NCBI GenBank assembly: GCA_000320545.1
Contig: ADNK01002440.1
Span: 1 to 44,578, forward strand
Length of the DNA stretch: 44,578 nt
Source: Bigelowiella natans CCMP2755
Lineage: Eukaryota; Protista; Cercozoa
Direction of reading: 5' to 3'
The notes below the pieces were generated by a model. That model was not told where the DNA came from, did no database searches, and worked only from the letters and a program-made list of their open reading frames with translations. Of this stretch, positions 1-11,838 are shown piece after piece; within the stretch, counting starts at the first letter, position 1, and the number at the start of each line of letters is the position of its first letter. The translations under genes and the position numbers were made by a program.

Positions 1-2
1 GG

Positions 3-52
<50 letters not shown>

Positions 53-320
53 GTCGGCGTATAAATCAACTCGCAAGAAGCAAACTTGGCAAAGAGAAGT
101 CTTCATCCTCATCATCATAATCACGCCTTTCACCGCTACCAGGTTCGGAGAAGGACCTCCTCCTCCTGGAGAGAATCAAGAGCGCAATTCCTCGCAACAG
201 CTGGATGCAGCTCATGAAGTATTATTTCGACAGTCCATATAAAAAAGATAAGAGACCATTTCGAGGGAAGAATAGGGAAAATGAATGTGTGGAAGGGAAG
301 GGGGGGAGCAGGCAAGATAT

Positions 321-361
<41 letters not shown>

Positions 362-637
362 CACACACACACACACACACCAGTAATTATGAAAAGCCAT
401 CGTATGCTGTGCTAATTCAATACTCTCTCTCCTCTACTCCACCCCCCCCCCCCCCCCCCCTTAATTTACCTGAAAGTAATAAGCTAGCGGATCGGGCGAT
501 GGCTCTGATGATGGTTTTGAACCCCACTGCGTGTTTTTGTGTGTTTTTGTGTGTTTTTGTTTTGTACCAAGGGACGATCTACCACCAGCGAAAATCCAAA
601 GGGTTAGAGTCACGTATCCTCCAGGTGGGATACTCTC

Positions 638-679
<42 letters not shown>

Positions 680-744
680 TATAATAGCAGCGCAGCTCTA
701 AGAACAAGACGAGTGTTGGACGTGTAATAGTATTAGTTTGTTGG

Positions 745-794
<50 letters not shown>

Positions 795-1062
795 GTCGGC
801 GTATAAATCAACTCGCAAGAAGCAAACTTGGCAAAGAGAAGTCTTCATCCTCATCATCATAATCACGCCTTTCACCGCTACCAGGTTCGGAGAAGGACCT
901 CCTCCTCCTGGAGAGAATCAAGAGCGCAATTCCTCGCAACAGCTGGATGCAGCTCATGAAGTATTATTTCGACAGTCCATATAAAAAAGATAAGAGACCA
1001 TTTCGAGGGAAGAATAGGGAAAATGAATGTGTGGAAGGGAAGGGGGGGAGCAGGCAAGATAT

Positions 1063-1103
<41 letters not shown>

Positions 1104-1200
1104 CACACACACACACACACACCAGTAATTATGAAAAGCCATCGTATGCTGTGCTAATTCAATACTCTCTCTCCTCTACTCCACCCCCCCCCCCCCCCCC
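1..1200. repeat. Direct tandem duplication, period 742 bp (1-460 repeated at 743-1200), junction in a poly-C tract
   Basis: The sequence from position 1 (ggtaggagagag...) recurs at 743 and reads identically up to the poly-C run (19 C vs 17 C). The ORF track shows identical 80-aa ORFs at 136-378 and 878-1120. Confidence 0.95.
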
Positions 1201-1372
1201 AGGTGCTTGCATCTGCATACACTTGGCATCGTGACAAGACTCGAGCTGGTTACGATGGTGGAAGATGTGATGGGAGAACGATACCCAGAATACGTGGACC
1301 GGTACACTAGTATATTATTGGTATAATATATGTATTTACATGTATACATGTGTGTGTATATCATATATATTG

Positions 1373-1415
<43 letters not shown>

Positions 1416-1714
1416 TGTTACGGATACCTTGCCCCATATGACATGCGGAGAGGGTTTCTCCAATCCCTGCCCACCCCCCTCCCCCACTCTTTGAGAGGGT
1501 GAACAGCGTGTCTGTGCTGCCTGGTGCTGCTCCTGATGGTGGTGGTGTGATGGTGACTTCTCATCAGATTCAAGAATATGATTTCCTACGACGAGTGGGA
1601 GGAGAGCCAGAGGGTTACTCGAGAGCGGAAAAACTACTACACCTTCGTCGCATCAGGTCAAGGAGAGCGAAGAATAATACGACGTGTACTCGAATTTTAT
1701 TTCAATAATGTATA

Positions 1715-1751
<37 letters not shown>

Positions 1752-2634
1752 AAGTATGTACACACAAATCCACGGGTTGTTATTGTTATCACTTACCTAT
1801 CTTTGAAAGACGCGCGCTATTGCTGTATGTATTATTGCTGCTGACTTCTCTCTCTCTCTCCCTCCCTCCCTCTCTCCCTCTCCTCCTCTCCTCCTCGTCC
1901 TTCTCCTCTCCCCCCAAATTTCAGTTGATTTCACAAGCTGCCAGCAGCCAACTCCGAGCTACCGTCGTATCCCTGGGGACATTCCCCTTCCCTCATGCTC
2001 TGGGAGGACACCTCTCTGCGACCAGGTGATAATGCAGATTCACCATCAAATAACGTCTTCATCAAGTACCATCACCCCCCCCCCTTCCCTTACGAATGAA
2101 TGTTTTCATCATTAGGTTCTTAACAATCGGTGCATATCGATCCCCACCGGCTCGGAGGACTTCTCCTTCAAATCTACGCGGAAAAACCAATACGAGGAGA
2201 ACCTCTTCAAATGCGAGGTAGGAGGACGGGGGGCGGCAGCGCATGCAGTGCCCGACGACGCCATCTCATCTGCGACGCTATATGATTTTTAAGCATCCCT
2301 CCCTGCCCTGCCGATTTAGTTGGTTCTAACTGAATCTGTTTCCATGTCCTGAATAATATCGATGACCCCCCCCATCCCCCCCATCCATCCATCCTCGTAT
2401 AGGACGAGAGATTCGAGTTGGACATGGTCATTGAGAACAACGCAAGTGCCATCCGTGTGCTTGAGCCTTTGGAGGAAAAGATCGAGAAGATGACCCCGAA
2501 GGAGGCTCTGGCTTATAAGCTCCCCAAGTCGCTCGATATTCTCCACATCAGAGCTATTGCCAGGATGTGAGGCTGCTGCTGCTATCGCTGCTTTTGTCTA
2601 TAGCTTTGACTCTTCGCCGCAGCGAGAGTGTGCG

Positions 2635-2669
<35 letters not shown>

Positions 2670-3263
2670 GTGTGTTGTGTATGCTGTCGGCGTTGTTGAT
2701 ATGCTGCTATTGGTGTTTTGATGGCAATATGCTGCTGCTGCTGCTGCCTTTAATAATAATAAATAAATGACAGGTACGGCGACCATGGCTACCAAATCAT
2801 TGACCTGCTTAACAAAAACCCCACCGTCGCTATCCCCATCGTGCTCGCAAGAATGAGGCAGAAGGATGAGGAATGGTAGTACTTCTACTAGTCAATCAAC
2901 TTGCCGCCTCACTCCCAATCCCCCCCCCTCCCCCCCCCCCCCTTCATCGTTAACCAGGCGGCGCGTGCGCGTGAGCATGCGCGACACGTGGAGGAAAATC
3001 GCAGCGCAAAACTACAACAAGTCTCTCGACCATCGTTCCTTCTACTTTAAGCAAGAAGACAAGAAGCGGATCCTGCCCAAGAACCTAATCTCGAATCTCA
3101 AGGAAATCCATCACTACATCTTCGGAGCCTCGTCAGTGGGGGGGGGCGGCTCTGGGGGCTCGTCCAGCGGAAAGCCATCCAAACAGCCGGATTCCGACGT
3201 AAGTGATGGGCGGGAACGGGGAGGCCCTTTTCTTGATGTGTGTTCCCTAGGATAATACACGAA

Positions 3264-3315
<52 letters not shown>

Positions 3316-3350
3316 TACAACCGTATATGTTCCCTAGGATAATACACGAA

Positions 3351-3410
<60 letters not shown>

Positions 3411-4797
3411 TACACACGTATATAGCCGCTTTAGTCAAACCACCAACCGTCTCGTGCTGCCGTCCATCCATTTACGATCAGGTGCTACGCGCCCTCCAGG
3501 GCGGCAAAGGGCCCTTGTTCAACTACTGCATGCGGTTCTCCTTCCCCGACAAGTCCATCCATGCCGAGGTAGCCATAGTCAGGCAGAATGCGAGAGAGGA
3601 AAGAGAGGAGAGAAGAAGATGATGATGAGATGCGGGATATAACCCCCCCCCCCCCCCTCCCCTCCTGGGACGACGATGTAGGTGTACAATACGCTGGTCT
3701 TCGCGCTACGGTCACACTCAGAGTCCGATAAGCAGGCATGCCTAGAGTTCTTGTCAGGGTTTTTGCATCATTTCTTCAACTACGACCACTCCGCCGCAAC
3801 TAAGGGCGCAGCAGCCGGCGCAGCAGCCGGCGCCGCTGCTGCAGCCGCCGCCACCACACCGGAACCAGCAGAGGCCCTCGCGAGCAGCCCCGCGAACGCC
3901 GCTGGCAAAGAAGGGGCGGGGGATAAGAAAAGCAGCAGCAGCAGCAGAAAGAGAAAGAGCGGTGGCAAAAAGTCGCGGAAGAAGAAGAAGAAAGCCCCCG
4001 CCGCCGAGGCCAACGGCATGGAGGTTGAGAATGGCGACGAGGAGAACGACGAGGACGGAGAGAGCAACAACAACAACCACAACGAGGAGGATGCTGATGC
4101 CGAGGAGGCGGGCAAGGCCTCCGGCGGGGGGAGGAAGAAGCGCGACTCGTCGCCGTTGCAGCTGAAGCCTACCCGCCTGGCCCTGGAGACCTGGGAGATC
4201 GACGAGCGCGTAGTGCCCATCCGGCGCCACGTCCGCAAGTCGCGCTTGCTGTTCGGTACCACCTCCCTTTATGTCCTCATGCGCCTCCACGAAATGCTGT
4301 ATACGCGCCTGCACCGGGCAAAGGAGCTCGCCTACACGCACAAGAACAAGGCCACGAAGGCGCAGCTGGAGCTGTACTCAAAGTCCAACAAGCGCCGCAC
4401 CAGCACCGGCGGCAGCGGTCACGGGGCCGGGAGCGCCGCGGCTGGGGGGGGGGAGGAGGACAAGTCGGCTGGCGGCGCGGCGGCGGCGGCCGCCAGCGCC
4501 AATGGAGAAGCTGGCGCTTCGTCGAGTTCGGACAACGGAGGAGGCAAGATGGAGGAAGAGGAGGAGGGGGGGGAGCACGCCGGCGGCGCGGGCAGGGACG
4601 AGGAGGAGGAGCCACCGCACTTTGAGAATATCCTCAGCGGCGACTTCGAGGCGAAGAAGGCCGCGAAGGTCGTCCATCCGCACCAGCAGTTCAAGACGCT
4701 GCTCAAGAAGCTCCTGAGCAAGCAGATCGATACGGTAGGGCGGTGTTGTAGTACGGCGTGGCTGTGTGTGTGTGTGTGTGTGTGTGCGTGTGTGTGC

Positions 4798-4829
<32 letters not shown>

Positions 4830-5027
4830 ATTCGTGGATTCGTGGATTCGTGTGTGTGTTTTGATTGTATATGCATGGTTTTGGTTATACGGGGAAAACA
4901 GCTGAGGGGGGAGAGTAGCATTCGAGAGTACTTGTAGTAGTAGTAGTAGTAGTAGTAGTAGCAGCAGTGCGCGCGATTGCAATCAGCATTGCTGCCTCGG
5001 AAGCAACATTACAATCCCTGAGCATAT

Positions 5028-5066
<39 letters not shown>

Positions 5067-5262
5067 ATTGACAGGCACATTACGAGGACGAATTGAGGGC
5101 ATTGCTGGGAGCGAAAAGTTTCTTGCTATTCACTATGGATCGTCTTATTAATGCATTGATCAAGCAATTGGTATGCACACACTCCGTTCCCTCCCACCCC
5201 CCCCCCCCCACCCATTATGAAAGCGGCTCGGATATTTTTGCAGCCGCCGGAAGAACTTCTTT

Positions 5263-5302
<40 letters not shown>

Positions 5303-6291
5303 ATTTTTGACAATCACGACGACGATAATGACTAACGGCCTGTACGCATCACGCATCACGATCATCACCGCCGCCACCGCTCAGGTCGTCGTCGCGCACA
5401 ACCCCGCCTGCCGCAAGCTAGTCGGCCTCTACCACACCGCATACGAGTGGAGCAAGGCCTACCCGAAGCTCGCGAAGGGGGGCGGCGAGAAGAAGGAGGA
5501 GGAGGCAGAAAAGAGTGGCGCCGCGGCGAAGAAAGAGGGGGGGGGCAAGGCCGGTGGCGGCGCGGACGAGGGGGAGGGCAAATCAGCGGCCGCCAGCGGC
5601 GACGGCAGCAGCAACAGCGCCCACAAGACGAAGCTGCGCTACAGCGCGCAGGCCGCGCGCATGTACCTGGACATGTGCGTGAATACGGTGAGCACCGACG
5701 AGCCGTCCTGCGTGCAGATGGAGTACTTCGAGGACACGGACGAGCTTGCCATCGGGCTGCTGGACGCGAGCGAGGTGGCCGCGCGCAAGCACGCGCCGGA
5801 GGAGTGGTGGGCCTACCAGAAGGAGTTTCTGAAAGACGCGGCGTACGACCTAAAGAAGGCGCCCTTCCTGGGCCGAAACCTCCGCTCATCGGTCAAGCGC
5901 TTTGCCACGAAAGCCGGGGCGGTCGGCGAGGCGGGAGAGGGCCTGGTGGCCAGCAGCGCCGGCGCCGAGAGCAGCGCCTCCTCCGTGCTGATGCTGCTTA
6001 GCGCCGCCCTGCGCCGGGAGGCGATGCGCGGCGTGGAGCAGCACAACGGCCTCGAGTTTCGGATGGGGATGCGAGACTTCAGGCTACAATTCGTTGACGA
6101 TACGCAGGAGTACATGATCAGGAGGAAGAGGAAGCGCACCAACGAGGAGGAGAAGAAGCGCCAGGGCCTCTTCGCGGCCGCGAATGGCGCGTTTAGAAGT
6201 TGGGCCAAGGAGCAGCTCGCGGCGCTCGGGGGAGCACTAGGTTAATACGGAAACGGGGGGGGGATATGTATATGTGTGTATATTATGTATA

Positions 6292-6347
<56 letters not shown>

Positions 6348-6609
6348 CGTGTGTGCGTGTGTGTTTTGAATTGGTGGGTTGGCCCTCCCAGCCTGCTACG
6401 TGCCATGTGATGACTTCTTTCGTCGTGAGAATCCTCCGGCGGTTTTGCCACCGAACGCGTGCCCTTGGAATGATGAAACGCAAACGAATACGTGAATAGG
6501 CGGCTCTTCCGCAGGGGGGGGCGACGAGGGCAGAGGAACGGAGGAGGCAGAGGATGACGGCAAGAGCATGGAAATCGCCGACTCTGCGGCGCCCTCCAAG
6601 GCATCTTAG
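143..6609 (+). CDS. SIN3: SIN3 transcriptional corepressor (PAH / HDAC-interaction / Sin3_C), 5'-partial, multi-exon
   Basis: Hand-spliced exons: (143-218 duplicate), 572-624, 885-960, 1203-1301, 1568-1656, 1925-2025, 2116-2217, 2403-2566, 2774-2875, 2958-3198, 3482-3568, 3682-4734, 5075-5170, 5385-6240, 6515-6609. All are GT-AG and in phase. The translation includes [25 protein letters not shown] (PAH3-like), [92 protein letters not shown] (Sin3 HDAC-interaction domain) and [23 protein letters not shown] (Sin3_C). If the last intron is retained, the protein ends at TAA 6243-6245. Confidence 0.95.
3241..3420. repeat. Intronic tandem duplication (~87-bp unit) containing (CT)n(CA)n
   Basis: tgttccctaggataatacacgaagac(tc)n(ac)n starts at 3241 and again at 3328. 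Confidence 0.9.
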
Positions 6610-6959
6610 CTGACTAGCAATTGTACACAATAACAAGCATGCGAAGACGACGAATTCTCTCACCACTTCAGACGCGGTGTGCGAGCGATTTGGGGGAGAC
6701 GCTCACATCCGGAAAAACCGCGCGCGCGCGTGTGTGTATGTGATTTCTTTGATTTCTTTCCAACCAGAGCATAGCCAAATAAATAGCTAGGATACGTGAG
6801 AGAAAAGGAAACGGTTTTCAAAGTGAGAGAGAGACTACTAGAAACGCAGAGGAGATCATGGTGATGGTATGGAGGAGAGGGGAGATGCAGGGGGGGGATG
6901 GCGGATAAGCGATTGCGGTGGCCATGTGCCGGAGGTGCTTTATTTTTGTATAATACCTT

Positions 6960-7004
<45 letters not shown>

Positions 7005-7037
7005 ATATATATACATTTACATATCCGAATAAAAATA

Positions 7038-7091
<54 letters not shown>

Positions 7092-7968
7092 ATATTGATA
7101 TATAAAGCATCTCTTGTTCGTTTTCTAACATCCCCCCGCCCTTTCCTGGCAAAATAGTTATCATGATGATAGCGATTACTCTGTTTGCGTTTTTAATGTA
7201 CGGAGCGACCATTAGTGTGTCGTTTATCATGCCGTTTTGACATAGCTACGACGTGCTGTTCATGTGTTTATCTAATCTATACATGTAGACATGTGTACAA
7301 AGGCTAATTACATGGGCAGGCTAGCAGGCAATAAATGCGCACGTACGCATGTGCATCAGGGATGGTCGCCGGCGCACCACACTAGCACACCACTCTGCAG
7401 AAACACGCTAGCACATACACGTACGAACCAGGCGTTGACTGGAATGATGACATTTGCGTTGGTGCTGATCTAGTGATGATGCTTTTTGGCGCATGCATGC
7501 ATGCTGCCTTCGTTCGCTGAAAGTTGCACGCCCATTCGTAACTGCACGTGCCATGCGCTAGTAGCATGTGCGACGCTGCGTGCGCAGCACCTCTAGACCT
7601 ACCGCCTACCTAGCTATAGCTAGGCAGCATGTGTGCGTATGTATATAAGCGGCATGCACTAGATGCATTGCGCCACATGTGACAATAAATAAATTCGCTA
7701 GAAATTGTCATCAATCCACTTATTGCCATGCTAGCGCCGCATGCTGTGCGATGCAGTCCAGCGCTGTCTAGCTGTGGTGGGCATCGATACGATGGTGCTA
7801 GCTATGATAGTGCCAATAAGTGAAAGTGTTGCGATGCAAGTTAGGCATGCTAGCATGGACCGTTGCATGTGCTCTAGCTAGCTTACCATTGGACACTAGC
7901 ACACCGATGAATTCTTCAATTCATTGAGGTAGTTTTCTGTGGCTAGCGCGTCCATGATCGTCTACGTA

Positions 7969-10692
7969 CTACTCTTCATGGTCTTCAACAAACAGCTCGG
8001 ATCTGAAATCATTGTCCACAAACGCGTGCACCCATGCTTGCATGCTCGACCGCGGAATCAGGACGCCATCCTCGCGCCGCACGTAATTGACGGGAGGGTA
8101 AGTCGACTGGAGCGTGAGATCGAGAAGAGCTTGATGTTCGCCAGCAGATTCCGCAGCACTCGCATTCATTTCCCCAACTGCACCGCTTTCGCCTAGGTTG
8201 TTGCTGCCAGGGCTGCTACCCTCGTGCTCCTCAAACAAGCGCAGAAGTAGCCCTTCCCCGCATATGGGGGTTGCCAGCACATCCTCATTCTCAAAATACA
8301 GCTTAGCGACCTGCCGCAGGGCGAAGTGAACGCCGACAGGAAGCATCCCCTGCGCACACAGCCCCCCCACCTGCATCTGAAGTCCATCTCTCTCCAAATC
8401 CACAATCGCCGACTCCCAGAGATCATGAGCAGGGTCAAGGACGGAGGGAAACGCCTCGAGCGAGCGATGAAGGCGCTGATGAAAGTCTTCCTTGGCATTG
8501 ACCGGATGATAGCCGTGGCCGCTATCTCCACGCGACAGCAGCATTTCTCTTATCTTCCTCCTCGTTAGTAGCGTCTCATTGTAAAACCACACCCCTAGAT
8601 CTAATAACGAATCCCCGTGTGCAGTAGCCCCACCCCCATCGCCGCCGGCGGTAGAAGGCCCACCATTATTAACGGATGGGAGGAGGAATAACCTCTGCTG
8701 CTCTTTTGGTAGGGTAAGTGCTTTGTGGCTGCTGCAGAAGTGGACGAAAAGTGCGCTGATATCTGGGGGAGAGGGGAGATCGATTCCCCCTCCCCTTCCC
8801 CCATCCGCAGAAGCTTCCATGAACCGCTCGCCTGCATTGATATTTTGGTAGAGGGCGAGGGCTTTCTGCCCATGTGCTATCATGTTCTCCGCGGTGTCAG
8901 TGCTGCTGCTGCTGCTGCTACAATCGCTGCTGGTCCCGGCAGCTCCTAGCTCTGCTCGATGAAGATGATATTGAATTGCGGCAATGCTCAGATTGCGCTG
9001 CGCCTCCAGCTGGGAGGGGGAGCAGGAAGCAGTAGCAAGTTCATCCTCGGTTCGTCGCACGTGCTCAAGCGTGGAGATAGCTTTACCGGCCTCCCCCGCG
9101 GCCATGTGCAGACAAACGAGTGCTCCTCCAAGCTGCTCGGGGCCGCCCACGCCGGAAAGCCTTTCAATGACCCGCTGCGCCTCGTCATACGCTGTTTGAG
9201 TGGCGAGCACCCGGGCGCGCGTGTTCTTACTGTCAAGCACACTCAGCTTCCTTCGCAAGTCTCGCGCGACGTAAAGTAGGTACCGATGGTGAAGGGAGAG
9301 GAGCTCATGGCTTTCCAGGCAGCGCGTCTTCGCAAGCACCTCTAATGCACCCTCCGCGAGGGTGCCTTGGGAATTGAGGAGGAGGCAGTTGACGATGAGG
9401 CTAGCGACCTCCATGTCAATAGAATCCCCGTCCTGCAGCATGTCGTTCAAAATCTCGAGCGCATGACGAAACTGATTTTGGTTGAGGTAGTGCCTCATCA
9501 CGGCCTTCTTCACCTGGAACCCAACACTACCTCCATGCCCTCCTCTTCTCTTAGATAACCTCATGCTTTCCCGGAGAAGCTGATATAGCTGCATGCCCCT
9601 CTCTGACTGGCCATGCACAAATGCCTCTCTCACGAGCGTCTCGATGATCTCGCCCTTCGGCATCATAGTCGGCTTTGCCTTGTCCCCTCCTCCTCCTCCT
9701 CCTCCTCCTCCTCCTCCTCCTCCCACCATCTCGTTGAAGAACAGCGCGGCGTCCTCCAGTCGACCAACTGAGGCGTAGCGTGAAATGATGATGCCGTATA
9801 CGTCCTGGTCCACGACGAACCCGGCGTTTCTGATCTTGGTAAGGGCCCTTTTGGCTTCTCGCACAGGCCAAACCGCTTCGAGGCACCTCGCAACGACCTC
9901 TGCCGTGATGACGAAGGAGGAGGGGGTGGACGCGCAGGAAGAAACTTGGTGCCGGAGAGCTTTGAGCTGCTTGATAGCTTCGGAGTACCTTCCTGCTACC
10001 GCATATCGCTCGTACACCTCCAGCCGTGCATCAAAGTCTATCTCGACGCCAGCCTCGAATAGAGAGGAAACTGCCTCAGAGAGGCGCTCGAAGTCGCCGA
10101 TCCTGGCATAGCAGCGGCATAACCAGCTATAAGTCGAGTTGTTCATCTGGAATCCCTTCGCCTCCATCGCTTCCTTCGTCTCGAACGCGTTTGCAACCTC
10201 TCCAAGAGCACAGTGCGCGGAGAAGAGGATTCTCCACGTGGATTTGTCCAGACCCCCCCTTCCCCTTTCTTGTTCTAGAGTGTAAACGAGGTCGATGACG
10301 TCCCTGTACTTTCCTGCTTCCATCAGCGCGCGAATCATCATTGTGTATGGACGTTCGGATTCATCGAGGTCTGTTACTATCGATCGCATTACCCCCAGCA
10401 GCTTGTCTATTGTTTCCCCATCCCTACTCCTGCTGGTGTTCTTGCTTAAGCTCAGAACCGATTCGTATGCGTCGTGGAACACCGTGATTACGTCCGCGTC
10501 CGGGTCTGGGTCATACAGAAGAGACCTTGCCCCAGCGTCCATGGAGAGAGTGGGGGGGGGCGAGCAGAAAAACCTTGCCAAATCCCGTCGTCGCGAGACT
10601 CCTCTCATCGGGGTGAGTAAATTTGGAATACAGACGCGAGGTACATGAAGTTTTGGCAGTGCAGGTCTTCTTAGGAGGCGTCTCTTGCTCAT
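7969..10692 (-). CDS. Pentatricopeptide-repeat (PPR) protein, 907 aa, single exon, with degenerate SMR-like C-terminal domain
   Basis: Uninterrupted ORF with ~35-aa helical repeats (e.g. TWRILFSAHCALGEVANAFETKEAMEAKGFQMNNS; TYSWLCRCYARIGDFERLSEAVSSLFEAGVEID; VYGIIISRYASVGRLEDAALFFNEMV). The Arg-rich, acid-poor N-terminus suggests a mitochondrial presequence. Confidence 0.88.
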   Translation of the reverse strand: MSKRRLLRRPALPKLHVPRVCIPNLLTPMRGVSRRRDLARFFCSPPPTLSMDAGARSLLYDPDPDADVITVFHDAYESVLSLSKNTSRSRDGETIDKLLGVMRSIVTDLDESERPYTMMIRALMEAGKYRDVIDLVYTLEQERGRGGLDKSTWRILFSAHCALGEVANAFETKEAMEAKGFQMNNSTYSWLCRCYARIGDFERLSEAVSSLFEAGVEIDFDARLEVYERYAVAGRYSEAIKQLKALRHQVSSCASTPSSFVITAEVVARCLEAVWPVREAKRALTKIRNAGFVVDQDVYGIIISRYASVGRLEDAALFFNEMVGGGGGGGGGGGGGDKAKPTMMPKGEIIETLVREAFVHGQSERGMQLYQLLRESMRLSKRRGGHGGSVGFQVKKAVMRHYLNQNQFRHALEILNDMLQDGDSIDMEVASLIVNCLLLNSQGTLAEGALEVLAKTRCLESHELLSLHHRYLLYVARDLRRKLSVLDSKNTRARVLATQTAYDEAQRVIERLSGVGGPEQLGGALVCLHMAAGEAGKAISTLEHVRRTEDELATASCSPSQLEAQRNLSIAAIQYHLHRAELGAAGTSSDCSSSSSSTDTAENMIAHGQKALALYQNINAGERFMEASADGGRGGGIDLPSPPDISALFVHFCSSHKALTLPKEQQRLFLLPSVNNGGPSTAGGDGGGATAHGDSLLDLGVWFYNETLLTRRKIREMLLSRGDSGHGYHPVNAKEDFHQRLHRSLEAFPSVLDPAHDLWESAIVDLERDGLQMQVGGLCAQGMLPVGVHFALRQVAKLYFENEDVLATPICGEGLLLRLFEEHEGSSPGSNNLGESGAVGEMNASAAESAGEHQALLDLTLQSTYPPVNYVRREDGVLIPRSSMQAWVHAFVDNDFRSELFVEDHEE

Positions 10693-11089
10693 GTTTTATC
10701 TCTCGGAGGAGCGGAGGGGGACTGAACGTCCAAAACGTGATTCCCGATGCGTGGCGGACCCCTAATCCGAACCTCTAGATTTCTATGTCGCAGTAATAAA
10801 ACGAATGAGATTTTAAGCGAAAATACTCTATCCAATCGCAGGAGAATTCGTCCCAGCGACAGGAATGGAGACACGTGGCAGAGTGATAAGAGTTACAAGC
10901 TCGAATCTAGTCGGACTCGATTTTATAAACGACATCTGATTTGCTGAGATACACAGGTTTCATTCAAGAAAATCTCAAAAATAGGGTCTATTTTTCCCCC
11001 TTCTCCTCCCTGCCAAAACTTACCACACCACGTGGGCTTCCGACGGCGGCTGCACGCCATTGCTTCTTTTGCTTCTCCGACTCGCTACG
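10693..11089. promoter_or_regulatory. Probable bidirectional promoter between the PPR and ADP-ribosylglycohydrolase genes
   Basis: About 400 bp between divergent start codons; contains two CACGTGG (G/E-box) motifs near 10873 and 11028. The call is positional inference only. Confidence 0.4.
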
Positions 11090-11779
11090 ATGGCGGCCAC
11101 TCCCTCCGTGAAGAGGGCAAGCTCTTCGGTCAGATACGACCGTATTCGAGGGGCCTTATGGGGAATATATATCGGTGATGCGGTTGCCATGCCCGCGCAC
11201 TGGTACTATGACGTTCGCGATCTGCGCGAGACGTACGGGCTAATCAAAGGCTATATCAAGCCAGTCGATAAAAAACCTGGGAGCATCCTTGGCAAGAGCA
11301 ATCTCTACGGGGCAGGTAGATCGAGGGGAATGGGCGCTGGGAAGAACAAGCTTATCGTCGGGCGCCTGATACTGAAAGGAAAGGAAAAGTACTGGAAGGA
11401 GCCTGACTGGTTTTATCACCGGGGCATGAGGTTGATATTAGAGATTTGCTATTAGTGACTACCATAGCCCAACACCACTACATCGCCGTCGCCATCCAAG
11501 TAGCTGTGCCCTTCCTGATCTTTGAACCTTTCTGCATGCTTAGTGCTGGCGAAAACACGTTGGAGGCATTGGTATCTCGTGTAATTACAAGAAGCGTTGT
11601 TGAGAACAAGGGACTTAATCAGCCTGCAGTCTTCAAGGATTATATCGCTCTTATGACTACGAAGGACGCACATAATGACACCTACGCAGCAACGGCTCAC
11701 CGCATGTTCTTTGCAAACCTAGACAACGGATTGCCCTTAGAAAAGTCCTCTGAATACAATTTAAAAATATACATATATA

Positions 11780-11838
<59 letters not shown>

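Noticed and set aside
136-1487. ORFs with IYIYIY, CVCVCV, SLSLSL, RERERE or HTHTHT runs (here and throughout the window)
   Set aside because: Translations of intronic microsatellites, not proteins.
3754-6208. Long overlapping antisense and alternative-frame ORFs
   Set aside because: Shadows of the GC-rich SIN3 exons; no independent motifs.
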